Source of the DNA: an uncultured Spirochaetaceae bacterium
Lineage (GTDB): Bacteria > Spirochaetota > Spirochaetia > Sphaerochaetales > Sphaerochaetaceae
DNA: 64,000 nt
Direction of reading: 5' to 3'
NCBI GenBank assembly: GCA_944389015.1
Contig: CALXKS010000067.1
Span: 18,102-82,101, forward strand
Shown here: one piece after another, positions 27,047-36,959 of the stretch
How positions within the stretch are numbered: the stretch's first letter is position 1
How the letters are laid out: every line of letters starts with the position of its first letter
Notes under the pieces: model-generated
What the model was told of the DNA's origin: nothing
What the model saw: only the letters and a program-made list of their open reading frames with translations
Database searches by the model: none
Translations under genes and position numbers: made by a program

Positions 27047-27110
27047 ATGCTTTTCCTTTGAAAGATGGGGTGCCTGAAGGGGAAAAAGGCACCCCGGGGT
27101 TGACTATTGA

Positions 27111-28109
27111 TTACTTGCCAAGACCTTCGTAAACAAGGTTCTTTGCTTCCTCGATGCCGAGTGTGGCATATGCCTTCTCACCAGCTTCCTGGAAGGCTGC
27201 GATATCAATCTCAGAGGCAGGAATGATAGTGATGCCCTCTGCGATAAGCTGCTCCCTGATCTCAGCAGCCTGCTTCTCGATCTCCTTCGACATTGCATAT
27301 CCTGCATTATCAGCTTCCTCGACAAGAATCTGCTGATACTCCTCAGGGAGAGTATTGAACCAGTCTGCAGAGCAGACAATGAAGTTGACAAGGTAGATAT
27401 GGCCGGTCTCGGAAACAACCTTGAATACCTCATCGAGCTGGGCATTGGTATAAGCTGTATATACATCCTCAAGACCTTCGATAGCCTTTGTCTGGCCAGC
27501 GGAATAGATCTCGCTTCTTGAGAGGGAAACAGGTGTTGCGCCGATTGATCTTACTGACTCCTGCCAGATCGGAGCGCCTGCTGTTCTGATTCTCATTCCG
27601 GAAAGATCCGATGGCTTATAGACAGCCTTGTTGCTTATGATATTCCTCGGGCCCTGGATATATGCGAATGAAAGAACCTTGATACCATACTCATCGGCAA
27701 GTTCCTGCTCCCATTCCTTGACACAGTCAAGCTCTGCTGCCTTGCGGACCTCTTCCTCGCTGCTGAGCATATATGGTCCGTTGAAAACAGAGATCTCGGG
27801 CACATAGTTGCCAAGACGAGCTGAGTCTGTGTTGTATCCAAGATTAGCACCGGCTCTCATCTGCTCGATAACATCCTCTTCCGATCCAAGCTGTGAGTTT
27901 GGATAAACATCAATATGGACAGCACCATTAGTGCGCTCCTCTACAACCTGAGCCCAGTTCAGCGCAGCCTGATGCCAAGGATCGTTCTCCGTAAGGGAGT
28001 GTGCAAACATCAGTGTATATTCTGCTGATGATTCCGAAGCTCCGCCTGCAAAGACCATGGTCATGCAGAGCGCCATGCATATTATTGCCAGAAATTTCTT
28101 GAAGTTCAT
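27111..28109 (-). CDS. dctP: TRAP transporter substrate-binding protein (DctP family)
   Basis: Start ATG 28109, after AAGGAGG. Signal peptide MNFKKFLAIICMALCMTMVFA. DctP-like body (YTLMFAHSLTENDPWHQAAL...). Confidence 0.85.
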   Translation of the reverse strand: MNFKKFLAIICMALCMTMVFAGGASESSAEYTLMFAHSLTENDPWHQAALNWAQVVEERTNGAVHIDVYPNSQLGSEEDVIEQMRAGANLGYNTDSARLGNYVPEISVFNGPYMLSSEEEVRKAAELDCVKEWEQELADEYGIKVLSFAYIQGPRNIISNKAVYKPSDLSGMRIRTAGAPIWQESVRSIGATPVSLSRSEIYSAGQTKAIEGLEDVYTAYTNAQLDEVFKVVSETGHIYLVNFIVCSADWFNTLPEEYQQILVEEADNAGYAMSKEIEKQAAEIREQLIAEGITIIPASEIDIAAFQEAGEKAYATLGIEEAKNLVYEGLGK

Positions 28110-28394
28110 TATTCCAGCCTCCTTTAGCACTACATGGCCAGAATAGCATTGGTTTAAATTTACTGCAATAAAAATTTTTATAATGTATATTTTCCCACTT
28201 AAATATATTTTAAAATAGATTCAGCCGGATATAATAATATTTTGAAACATTATTCCATTTTTGGGCAACAAGGAAAACGACTATAAGGTATCCCGGTTCA
28301 TGATCGGATCTTCTTTACAGAAATACATAATCGATATGGATAAGCGCAGGCACTGGAAATCCCCTGCATCATACAGTCAAAGCCGTATTGTATA

Positions 28395-29075
28395 ATGGTG
28401 GATATGTACTTCACACACGGCAAAGTAACTCTTCATTATGAAATATATGGCAATGGATACCCCCTGATCATGCTCCATGGGAATGGGGAGGACATCACGA
28501 TATTCTCGAAAGCGATCGAAAAGCTCGAAAACGCATTCACCATTTATGCAATCGATACACGCGGACATGGGAAGAGCTCCCCTATCCATGAGTATCACTA
28601 TAGCGATATGGCTGATGATCTCTATGCATTCATCACAGAGCTTGGGATAGAGCGTCCTGCGATCTTCGGATTCTCCGATGGCGGCATAACTGCACTGATG
28701 CTTGCCTACACCCATCCGGAGATCCCTGCTGCCATCATTGCCAGCGGGGCAAACTCCTGTCCCAAGGGGATCAAGGCTCTCTACAGATTCGGCTTTGACA
28801 GAATGTACAGGTCCACCAAGGATCCCAGGCTTGCAGTGATGCTCTATGAGCCTGATATGACAGCGGAGAAGCTTGGCAGGATCACTGTTCCGGTACTCAT
28901 CACAGCAGGCAGCAAGGACATGATAAAAAAGGAGGACACTGAGTTCCTCCATGAATCAATAAAAGGAAGCAGGCTTATGATTCTCGAAGGAGAAAGCCAT
29001 GAGTCCTATATCCTGGATTCAGACAAGATATCCTCTATAATCCAGAGCTTCCTATCTGAGCTTCTCCTCGAATAG
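28395..29075 (+). CDS. Alpha/beta hydrolase
   Basis: LHGNGED, RGHGKS, nucleophile elbow GFSDGG, C-terminal His region. A TATAAT box (28391-28396) overlaps ATG 28395, so the in-frame ATG 28404 may be the real (leaderless?) start. Confidence 0.75.
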   Translation: MVDMYFTHGKVTLHYEIYGNGYPLIMLHGNGEDITIFSKAIEKLENAFTIYAIDTRGHGKSSPIHEYHYSDMADDLYAFITELGIERPAIFGFSDGGITALMLAYTHPEIPAAIIASGANSCPKGIKALYRFGFDRMYRSTKDPRLAVMLYEPDMTAEKLGRITVPVLITAGSKDMIKKEDTEFLHESIKGSRLMILEGESHESYILDSDKISSIIQSFLSELLLE

Positions 29076-29870
29076 CTCCTTCTCCCTCTTCTCCAGAGGG
29101 CACTCCTCTCCGCGGAGCATTGCCTTTATCGCCTCGATCTCCCTTCCTGAGAAGCTCCTGCCCTTGAGCTTATGGTTCTCAAAAGCCTCTGCTGCTATCG
29201 GGCAGACCTTCTTCACAATCTCAAGCATAACGATTCCATACTGCCTGATCTCATACTGGGCATGGCTATCAAGACGCAGTGCAAGGAAATGTAACAGATT
29301 ATGGAGATCTATCTGCCAATAGAACTCAGTATAGAGCGAGAGAGGAAGATCTATGCGGGAGATCTCCCTTGCGATTCCCATATCAAGAAGCTCATGGTAG
29401 TTGGCAAATGCCCTCTCAGAATCCTCCTCCATGATAGCCCTGACGCGTGCAGCGACCTCCTCGGATACAGGTTCATTCTTCCTGCCCTGCTTATTATCCT
29501 CGCTCTGCATCGCGATATTCTCAGGAGCAGGGATGTAGCATTCATCCTTCATCACGGAGTATCTTCCGGAAATCTCATTCATACGTGCAGTACGATGCCT
29601 CGTCCACTGGCGTGCGACGAATATGGGCATCTTCACATGGAATGTGAAAACAACCTGCTCGAACGGGGATGTATGGTCATTCCTCAGGAGGTAGTTTATA
29701 AGACCCTTATCCTGCCTGTATGTCTTAGTTCCTTCCCCATAGCTGACACGCGCGGACTGCACTATTCGCTGGTCAGATCCAAGATAATCGACAAGACGGA
29801 CAAAACCATGATCAAGAACAGGGAATTCCTTGTCCAGAATCTCTTCAGCTTCCGGTACTATGCAATGCAT
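29052..29870 (-). CDS. thyX: FAD-dependent thymidylate synthase ThyX
   Basis: 272 aa. ThyX signature RHRTARMNEISGRYS. The 3' end overlaps the convergent hydrolase gene by 24 nt. Confidence 0.9.
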   Translation of the reverse strand: MHCIVPEAEEILDKEFPVLDHGFVRLVDYLGSDQRIVQSARVSYGEGTKTYRQDKGLINYLLRNDHTSPFEQVVFTFHVKMPIFVARQWTRHRTARMNEISGRYSVMKDECYIPAPENIAMQSEDNKQGRKNEPVSEEVAARVRAIMEEDSERAFANYHELLDMGIAREISRIDLPLSLYTEFYWQIDLHNLLHFLALRLDSHAQYEIRQYGIVMLEIVKKVCPIAAEAFENHKLKGRSFSGREIEAIKAMLRGEECPLEKREKELFEEKLR

Positions 29871-29879
29871 AAAAGCCTC

Positions 29880-30590
29880 CTATATATACCCCATAAGTGA
29901 AAGAGCGATGGCTGATGCTGCAGGAACAGCAGTTTCCGTCCTGAGGATCCTGCTCCCAAGAAGGGCAGGTTCGAAGCCTGCGCTGATGAAAAGCTTCCGC
30001 TCTCTGTCAGACCATCCCCTCTCCGGCCCGATCGCCAGCACGACGCTCTCGCCTTTCAGCCTCATCGAAGATAATGACACAGCAGAAAGGGTGTTATCAA
30101 GAAGAATCCTGCGGCCAGAATCGGGAAGAAGGGAGATGGCCTCCTCCACACTTGCCGCCAGGCTGGTATCGGTCACGCCCGTATGCCCGGACTGCATGGC
30201 CCCGTCAAGAAGGATATCCTTATATTCCCCATCCCTGTAAAGCGAAGCTGACAGATAGCTCTTCTCTCCAAGATCGGACACAGGAAGTATCATGCGGCCT
30301 ACTCCGATTGATACAGCCTCCCTGAGTATGCGGCGCATGCATATAGGTCTTACCTGCGCAACGACAAGAGACAAAGGATAGAGAGAGGATCCATCTGTCT
30401 CTCCTGTGAATTCTATCTGCATGCCTTTCTCTGTATCAGAGACGATTCTTGCCATGCCGATCTCACCATTTATGATTCCTGCACGGAAGGAATCCCCTTC
30501 CTTCATATGGAGGACATTCCTTATATGGACGGCTCTCTCATCAGAGGAAGGAATCACTGTCTCATTCTCAGAAAAAAGAACTATATTCAT
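29880..30590 (-). CDS. rsmE: 16S rRNA (uracil1498-N3)-methyltransferase RsmE
   Basis: 236 aa. PUA-like N-domain and C-terminal SPOUT knot motif LAIGPERGWSDRE...LGSRILRTETA. Confidence 0.8.
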   Translation of the reverse strand: MNIVLFSENETVIPSSDERAVHIRNVLHMKEGDSFRAGIINGEIGMARIVSDTEKGMQIEFTGETDGSSLYPLSLVVAQVRPICMRRILREAVSIGVGRMILPVSDLGEKSYLSASLYRDGEYKDILLDGAMQSGHTGVTDTSLAASVEEAISLLPDSGRRILLDNTLSAVSLSSMRLKGESVVLAIGPERGWSDRERKLFISAGFEPALLGSRILRTETAVPAASAIALSLMGYI

Positions 30591-32095
30591 ATCCTTCCAT
30601 AGAGTTCAGAGTAGTACTTCAATCCGCTCAGCGATGGGGATGCCAGATCCTCAAGCCGCATCTTCCATGACCAGTTCGATGATCCGCATGTGGACGGTAC
30701 GTTCATCCGTGCCTCTGATCCAAGCGATAGGACATCCTGCATCGGGATTATCGCATAACGGGCGACAGAGCCAAGGAGGGAGCGTATCATACGCCATACA
30801 ACCTCGCTGTCGGAACATTCGAAATACCGCCTGACATAATCCTTCATGCCATCATCCAGCTCTGAGTACCACCCCGCTGTTGTGTTGTTGTCATGCGTTC
30901 CCGTATATGCGACGGAAACCGGTGTGAAGCTATGCGGCAGATAGGGATTATCTGTCTGCCACTTCCCGTTATCGAAGGCAAAAGCAAACTGAAGGATCTT
31001 CATTCCAGGGAAATGATTCCCATCCCTGAGCTTCTCCACCTCAGGAGTGATGACGCCTAGGTCTTCTGCGATTATGGGAAGGTCATCGCCAAGAGAGCTG
31101 CGAAGAGCATCGAACAGCTTCTGCCCCGGGCTCTTCACCCATTTCCCATTTTCTGCAGTCGCCTCTCCCGCAGGGACTTCCCAGCAGGCCTCAAAACCTC
31201 TGAAGTGATCAACACGGACAATATCGAAAAGCCTGAAGTTCTCACGGAATCGCCTGATCCACCATTCAAATCCGGTTCTCTCATGCTCCTCCCATCTGTA
31301 AAGAGGATTGCCCCAGAGCTGCCCGGTTGCGCTGAATGCATCTGGCGGGACACCTGATGATGCCTCCTGCTGTCCATTCTCATCGATTTTAAGCAGCTTT
31401 CTCTCAGTCCAGGCATCCGATGAGTCAGGAGCGATGAATATCGGGATATCTCCGATGATCTTCACTGAAAGGCTGTTCGCATACTCTTTGAGCTTCATGT
31501 ACTGCTTTCTGAAGAAGTACTGAAGAGCTGCATAGATATCAACTTCATGCTTAAGCTCCTTCCTTGCTCTGTCCAGCGCAGCAGCATCGCGGTTCCTGAG
31601 CTCCTCCGGCCACATGAGGAACCATCTGGAATCATTGCAGCGGTCTATGAGAGCCTGGAATAGGGCATAGTCCTCAAGCCACCAGCCCTCCTCCATCCTG
31701 AATCTGCAATAAGCTTCCTTATCCTCCCCATCCGATGAAAGAAGAGCTTCTGCGGCCTTCCTGAGCATCGGCATCTTGAGTGTCTTTGCAGCACCATAAT
31801 CCACTCGCTCGGAAGCCTTTGCCTTCTTCATCACATCCTCAATCTCCAGGAAACCCTCTTTGTAGAGCTGACGCGGGGATATCATAAGCTCGTTTCCCGC
31901 GAATGCGGATCTTGCAGCGTATGGACTATCTCCATATCCAGTCGGGCCGAGAGGAAGCATCTGCCAGAGCGTCACCCCATTGTCATGGAGGGAGTCGGCA
32001 AAGCGATAGGCATTATCACCAAGATCCCCGACACCGTATTCCGATGGCAGGGATGTTATATGCATAAGTATTCCGGTTCTTCTCTTATTTTCCAT
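30587..32095 (-). CDS. malQ: 4-alpha-glucanotransferase (amylomaltase MalQ, GH77)
   Basis: 502 aa. GILMHITSLPSEYGVGDLG, LWQMLPLGPTGYGDSPY, VRVDHFRGF, IIAEDLGVITPEV, YTGTHDNNT. Confidence 0.9.
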   Translation of the reverse strand: MENKRRTGILMHITSLPSEYGVGDLGDNAYRFADSLHDNGVTLWQMLPLGPTGYGDSPYAARSAFAGNELMISPRQLYKEGFLEIEDVMKKAKASERVDYGAAKTLKMPMLRKAAEALLSSDGEDKEAYCRFRMEEGWWLEDYALFQALIDRCNDSRWFLMWPEELRNRDAAALDRARKELKHEVDIYAALQYFFRKQYMKLKEYANSLSVKIIGDIPIFIAPDSSDAWTERKLLKIDENGQQEASSGVPPDAFSATGQLWGNPLYRWEEHERTGFEWWIRRFRENFRLFDIVRVDHFRGFEACWEVPAGEATAENGKWVKSPGQKLFDALRSSLGDDLPIIAEDLGVITPEVEKLRDGNHFPGMKILQFAFAFDNGKWQTDNPYLPHSFTPVSVAYTGTHDNNTTAGWYSELDDGMKDYVRRYFECSDSEVVWRMIRSLLGSVARYAIIPMQDVLSLGSEARMNVPSTCGSSNWSWKMRLEDLASPSLSGLKYYSELYGRI

Positions 32096-32128
32096 GGTAA
32101 AGATTATAAGACAGAGCAGGTCCCTCTG

Positions 32129-33418
32129 CTACAGCGAATATTCTCTGTATTTGTCCGCGATTATCCTGATTCCATCCTCTGTTAGATAAGCATCTCCTGA
32201 ATAGTTTATCCTCAGGCACTTATCGTAGTGCGGATGATGCTTAACATCATCGCTTCCGAAGAAGAAATACTCTCCGGGGACCGTTACGACGCCTTCTCTC
32301 ATAAGCACCGAGTAGAATTCGAGCGTAGGTATCGACAGAGACGGAAGATAGAGCCAGAGGAATATGGATCCCTCAGGACGATGGATATAGAAATCAGTAC
32401 CATCAAAATACTTCCTGATCCATGCGGCCGCCTTCATTGCCTTCTCCTCATAGAATGGTCTTACAACTGAAGAGGCAAGTTCCGTCAGCCTTCCGGAGGA
32501 AAGAAGATTCCCTGCGAGCACCGGTCCCATGGAACCAGTTGCAAGTGCCGCAATCGCATTCATATTGCCTACTGCGCTTATAATCTCCTTCTTCGCAATG
32601 ACAATGCCAGTCCTTATCGAAGGAAGTCCTATCTTCGAAAGGCTCATTGAGAGAATGATATCCTCATTCCATACAGGCTCAGCATCCTCGGTGAACACTA
32701 TATCAGGGAAAGGAAGCCCATAGGCATTATCTATGATAAGAGGGATTGAATATTCATGAGCAAGCTCTGAGAGCCCGTGTATCTCGCTGTCTGTCAGGAC
32801 ATTCCCGCTGGGATTTGTCGGTCTGGATACGCACATTGCCCCAACTTCAGGATGGGAGGCAAGATAATCAGCGACACATTCCAGATCCATTCTGTATTTG
32901 AAAGTCCTGTCATCGAAGTACTCTACAAGCGATGGAACACTGACGAATGTCCCCTCCTCGATGCCCTGATCAGCATAGCCGATATACTCTGGCATAAGAG
33001 GAAAAAGCAGCGTACGCTTACTGCCGTTGCATGTTCCAGAGAAGAGATTGAAGAGATAGAACATAGCACTCTGACTGCCATTTGTCAGCGCAATGTTCTC
33101 CATTGAAATGGGCCAGCCATACTCTTTACGGAGAAATGCCGCTGCAGTCTCAAGGAACTCAACACGCCCCTGAGGCGAATCATAATGGGCAAGGACATCC
33201 TCGAATCTGTCACCATCACGGAGTATATCCTCAAGCTCCGCTCTGTATGCCCTCTCCACCTCAGGGACACGGGCAGGATTGCCGCCTCCAAGGGGATGGG
33301 CAACGACATTGCCCGGAAGCGGCTTTGCTATATCATCCATCAGCTGAAGGATGCCTGAATGCTGTGAAAGCTTATTGCCGAAATCTGTAAAGACCATGGG
33401 CTGATGATAAATCATCAC
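32129..33418 (-). CDS. PLP-dependent aminotransferase, valine-pyruvate transaminase (AvtA)-like
   Basis: 429 aa. FGNKLSQHSGILQLMDD, LGGGNPA, TNGSQSAMFYLFNLF, PLP-lysine context SLSKIGLPSIRTG. Confidence 0.7.
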   Translation of the reverse strand: MMIYHQPMVFTDFGNKLSQHSGILQLMDDIAKPLPGNVVAHPLGGGNPARVPEVERAYRAELEDILRDGDRFEDVLAHYDSPQGRVEFLETAAAFLRKEYGWPISMENIALTNGSQSAMFYLFNLFSGTCNGSKRTLLFPLMPEYIGYADQGIEEGTFVSVPSLVEYFDDRTFKYRMDLECVADYLASHPEVGAMCVSRPTNPSGNVLTDSEIHGLSELAHEYSIPLIIDNAYGLPFPDIVFTEDAEPVWNEDIILSMSLSKIGLPSIRTGIVIAKKEIISAVGNMNAIAALATGSMGPVLAGNLLSSGRLTELASSVVRPFYEEKAMKAAAWIRKYFDGTDFYIHRPEGSIFLWLYLPSLSIPTLEFYSVLMREGVVTVPGEYFFFGSDDVKHHPHYDKCLRINYSGDAYLTEDGIRIIADKYREYSL

Positions 33419-33434
33419 CAGCCAGCATGTTAAG

Positions 33435-34505
33435 TCAGATCAGCCTGTTCACATCCTGTTCGGCAGGAATATCTATATACATGAGATTGCCTTCCCCTGC
33501 TTTCTTTATCGCATCAGGTACGTAAACCGCATTCACCCTCCTGCTTGTATATGGTGAGAAATAGTACATGAGCGATTCAGAGCACATAACGCTTGTGCAG
33601 AGCGTCTGCTCCGAGTCGGTGCTATCTGCTGATTTCCTGAGAATCCCATCAGGAATGTATACAACTCCGAATGAGTTGAACATCCTTGTTACCGAATCCA
33701 TCTCATCGGTTCCCTTCGGCGCGAATTCCTTCATGAAAGCCATACGCACGAAACGGGCAGGAGATGAATACCCTCCTGGAAGACCGAAGCTTCCGCCTGT
33801 TCCGCTGCCGAAAGCCGTGAACTGCTCGCCTGCGATGGTGCGCGGAGGCGGATCGATATTCGAAATGGAGACATAATTCTTGAGATTGGTCTTCTGCCAT
33901 TCATAGCCGGGCGCATTGGCCATGACACCTATTGTATTGCGGTGTACTGTAATGCCATCAGCATCAGGCTCTATTATTATCGCCTCGCCGGTGCTGTCGG
34001 AGAATATATAGTGGACGGACATAAGGGATCCATATACAAGCTCATCGGTAAGATTCAGCGTCCTGACCTTCTCTGCAACCTCATCCACGCTCGAGCATGT
34101 GCCAAGCAGATATCCCACGAAGAACGCAGGATGGATATCTGTATGATCATCATCCTTCTGTGTATCGAAATGGCCATATCCAGGGAAATTCAGGAGGGCG
34201 CCCATGAGTCCCTTCTCATTGATACCATCAACGATTATCGGAGAAGGAAGCCCTATTACGGATATCCCTGCAAATCCATAGACCATCTTCTCTGTCCTTG
34301 AGCCATCGAGCGTCATGCTCATCTCATATCCCGGAGCGGCAACTGAGATCCGGTTTCCGCTGAGATCCCCGAACATATCATATGTGCGGCCAAGAAAATG
34401 AAGAGTGCCATCCTGGTTCTCCCAGGCAAAGCTCGTGCAGTCAGCCCACACGGGGACAGCCAGAAGCATGAATACCACAGCTATAGCAATCAGAGTCTTT
34501 CTCAT
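33435..34505 (-). CDS. Secreted choloylglycine hydrolase / linear amide C-N hydrolase family protein (Ntn hydrolase)
   Basis: Start ATG 34505, after AAGGAGG. Signal peptide MRKTLIAIAVVFMLLAVPVWA followed by DCTSF, with the Ntn nucleophile Cys, then RTYD. Confidence 0.7.
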   Translation of the reverse strand: MRKTLIAIAVVFMLLAVPVWADCTSFAWENQDGTLHFLGRTYDMFGDLSGNRISVAAPGYEMSMTLDGSRTEKMVYGFAGISVIGLPSPIIVDGINEKGLMGALLNFPGYGHFDTQKDDDHTDIHPAFFVGYLLGTCSSVDEVAEKVRTLNLTDELVYGSLMSVHYIFSDSTGEAIIIEPDADGITVHRNTIGVMANAPGYEWQKTNLKNYVSISNIDPPPRTIAGEQFTAFGSGTGGSFGLPGGYSSPARFVRMAFMKEFAPKGTDEMDSVTRMFNSFGVVYIPDGILRKSADSTDSEQTLCTSVMCSESLMYYFSPYTSRRVNAVYVPDAIKKAGEGNLMYIDIPAEQDVNRLI

Positions 34506-34533
34506 AAAACTCCTCCTTGCCTTATTGTACCAC

Positions 34534-35892
34534 TTATATACGGGTCCGCTCAGCGTATCTGATCCAATGGCCGGATTTAAGGAATACAAGAGAGACCACT
34601 GCTCCTACCACCCAGCCCACAGGCCAGCTCAGCCAGATTCCCACCGAGCCGAAGAGAGAGGAGAATACTATGGCAAGCCCTGCTCTGAGGATGAGATCAG
34701 AGAATGTGGATATCATGAATGGGGTCATATCCCCTGCACCTCTTATGACAGCATCGGAGACAATCTTCAGAGACACGACAAAATAGAACGGTGAGACTAT
34801 CCGGAGGAATGCTATACCGCTCATCGCAGCATCCGAGCCCCCATTCTCAAGGAACAGCAGCAGGACCGTTCTGGAAAAGAAGAAGAAAAGGATCACAACG
34901 GGGATGCAGAATGCATATGTCATCAAAACCCCTATCCTGAAACCCTGCTTTGCCCTGGCAAAGTTCCCTGCCCCGATATTCTGCGCTGAGAATGAAGAGA
35001 CAGCATTCCCAAGGGTGGTTATGCTTGTGACAACCATGTTATTGAGCTTGATAGCCGCAGAATAACCTGCGATGACAGAGGCTCCGAAGCTGTTGACTAC
35101 AGACTGGACGATGATGTTCCCGACACTGACAAAACTCTGCTGGAGCATCGAAGGGACCGCGACTATCAGGAAACGGCGGAATATATGCGCATCAAAGAGC
35201 GGCGCATCTCCTGCAGGAACAGTCACCTTCAATCTTCTGACGATAGCGATGCATGCTGCTATGCACGAGACTCCCTGGCATATGAATGTTGCCCAGGCAA
35301 CCCCATCCACCCCCATCCCAAAGGCTGTAACAAAGAGTATATCGGCGAATATATTTGCCGTGCTTGAGACTGCAAGGAAGATGAAAGGAGTACGGCTATC
35401 CCCCATTGCAGTGAATATACCGGTTGCAAGGTTGTAGAAGAACAGGAAAAGAAGCCCCATTATGTAGATATCAAGATAGATGGCACTGTCTTCCATGATC
35501 TCTTCAGGGGTATTTATGAGCTCAAGCAGCGGATCTGTGAGAATCATCCCAAGGAGTGTCAGTACAACAGCAAGCACGCCTACGGAGATCGCCGATGTCG
35601 TTATAGCGCTTCTCATCTCCTTCAGACGGCCTGCGCCATAGTACTGGGAAACAAGGACGCTGGCGCCCATATTGCATCCGAACGCAAATGCAATGAATAT
35701 CAGCGTGATCTCATAGGAATTGCCGACTGCGGCGAGGGCATTCTCCCCTATGAACCTTCCTGCTACGAAACTGTCTGCTATATTGTACAGCTGCTGGAAG
35801 AGCATTGATCCGAGAAGCGGCAGGGCAAAACGTATAAGGACTCCTGCGGGATTGCCCTCTGAAAGATTTCTGTTCATTTCATCACCCGGCAA
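34534..35892 (-). CDS. MATE family efflux transporter
   Basis: 452 aa, 12 TM. N-terminal PLLGSMLFQQLYNIADSFVAGRFIGENALAAVG is typical of MATE/NorM. Confidence 0.85.
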   Translation of the reverse strand: MPGDEMNRNLSEGNPAGVLIRFALPLLGSMLFQQLYNIADSFVAGRFIGENALAAVGNSYEITLIFIAFAFGCNMGASVLVSQYYGAGRLKEMRSAITTSAISVGVLAVVLTLLGMILTDPLLELINTPEEIMEDSAIYLDIYIMGLLFLFFYNLATGIFTAMGDSRTPFIFLAVSSTANIFADILFVTAFGMGVDGVAWATFICQGVSCIAACIAIVRRLKVTVPAGDAPLFDAHIFRRFLIVAVPSMLQQSFVSVGNIIVQSVVNSFGASVIAGYSAAIKLNNMVVTSITTLGNAVSSFSAQNIGAGNFARAKQGFRIGVLMTYAFCIPVVILFFFFSRTVLLLFLENGGSDAAMSGIAFLRIVSPFYFVVSLKIVSDAVIRGAGDMTPFMISTFSDLILRAGLAIVFSSLFGSVGIWLSWPVGWVVGAVVSLVFLKSGHWIRYAERTRI

Positions 35893-35929
35893 GGTAAGAT
35901 ATCAGAAGAGAGAGCGCAAATCAACTGAA

Positions 35930-36880
35930 TCACAGGAATGCAAACAGGAAAGGCATAAGCACAAGCGCCGCTATTATCGATACAGTAGAGGCAAAGCCGA
36001 CAAGCTCGACATCTCCCTTCAGCTCTGCGACGAATGCCGGGCTGGCCGAGCTGATAGGTGCGAATGCGGTTATCGCGACAGCCTTCCTCACCTCATATGG
36101 GAATGGGGCATATCTGAAGAACAGGAAAGCAATGACAGCGGCGAGAACCAATCGCATTATATTTACTGTAGCCACCTCTTTCAGCTTCGACTTATCAGGA
36201 CTGAATTCAAGCATCAGGCCTATCATTATCATTGCAAGCGGACCATTTGCTGGGCTGATCAATCCCGCGAACTCAAAGACCTTATCAGGAAGGCTGATCG
36301 ACAGCCCCGAAAGAATCATCATCAGGACATATGTGTCAAATGCCGGTTTCGTGAATACGGTCATCAGTGAGCGGGAAAGACGCCTAGAGGCAGTCTGTCC
36401 GACTACCGCCTGGGTTATGGCGAAATCCAATGCAAGGCACATCGGGGAATTTCCCATATCGAAAAGGCATGATGCGACAACGCCGGTTGCACCGAGGATC
36501 CCTGAGACAAATGGCAGGGTGAAGTTCCCTATGTTATATGCAGGAAGCTCCATCATATAGAAGATCCTGTCATCCCTGCTGCTGTTCCTTGTCATCAGAA
36601 ATCCTATCAGGATCATCAGCGTATTTGCCGCGAAAGAGAGAGCAGGGATCATCATATAGCTCCATTCAAAGACAAATGAACGGAAACTCACAAGTATCGC
36701 GCATGGAAGCGTAAGATTGAGGATCACACGGGCAAGGGCAACGCCATCTTCCTTTGATAATACGCCTATCTTCTTCAGCGCATAGGCTATGACTATCATC
36801 AGAATGAAATATGATGCCCGTATAATGATTTCCAGCATATCCGGCTCCTGCAGGGTAATATCTGCCATAAGGAATATCAC
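35930..36880 (-). CDS. AEC (auxin efflux carrier) family transporter
   Basis: About 300 aa, 10 TM with a central hydrophilic loop. LLPCAILVSF-type segment. A likelier start is ATG 36838 (MLEIIIRASYF...). Confidence 0.7.
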   Translation of the reverse strand: MIFLMADITLQEPDMLEIIIRASYFILMIVIAYALKKIGVLSKEDGVALARVILNLTLPCAILVSFRSFVFEWSYMMIPALSFAANTLMILIGFLMTRNSSRDDRIFYMMELPAYNIGNFTLPFVSGILGATGVVASCLFDMGNSPMCLALDFAITQAVVGQTASRRLSRSLMTVFTKPAFDTYVLMMILSGLSISLPDKVFEFAGLISPANGPLAMIMIGLMLEFSPDKSKLKEVATVNIMRLVLAAVIAFLFFRYAPFPYEVRKAVAITAFAPISSASPAFVAELKGDVELVGFASTVSIIAALVLMPFLFAFL

Positions 36881-36921
36881 AACCTCACAGCTTATTGAAT
36901 ATCTTATTGGAATTTATCTAC

Positions 36922-36927
36922 TATAAT
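36922..36927 (+). promoter_or_regulatory. Candidate -10 box TATAAT upstream of glgP
   Basis: TATAAT sits 33 nt upstream of the glgP ATG, with SD GAGGGGA between them. No good -35 at 17 bp. Confidence 0.3.
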
Positions 36928-36959
36928 ATCCGGATTATTAAGTTTCAGAGGGGAAGATT

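Noticed and set aside
36881-36959. Possible shared regulatory palindrome between the divergent AEC transporter and glgP genes.
   Set aside because: Only a TATAAT box and AT-rich sequence are visible. No inverted or direct repeat of 8 bp or more was found by eye.
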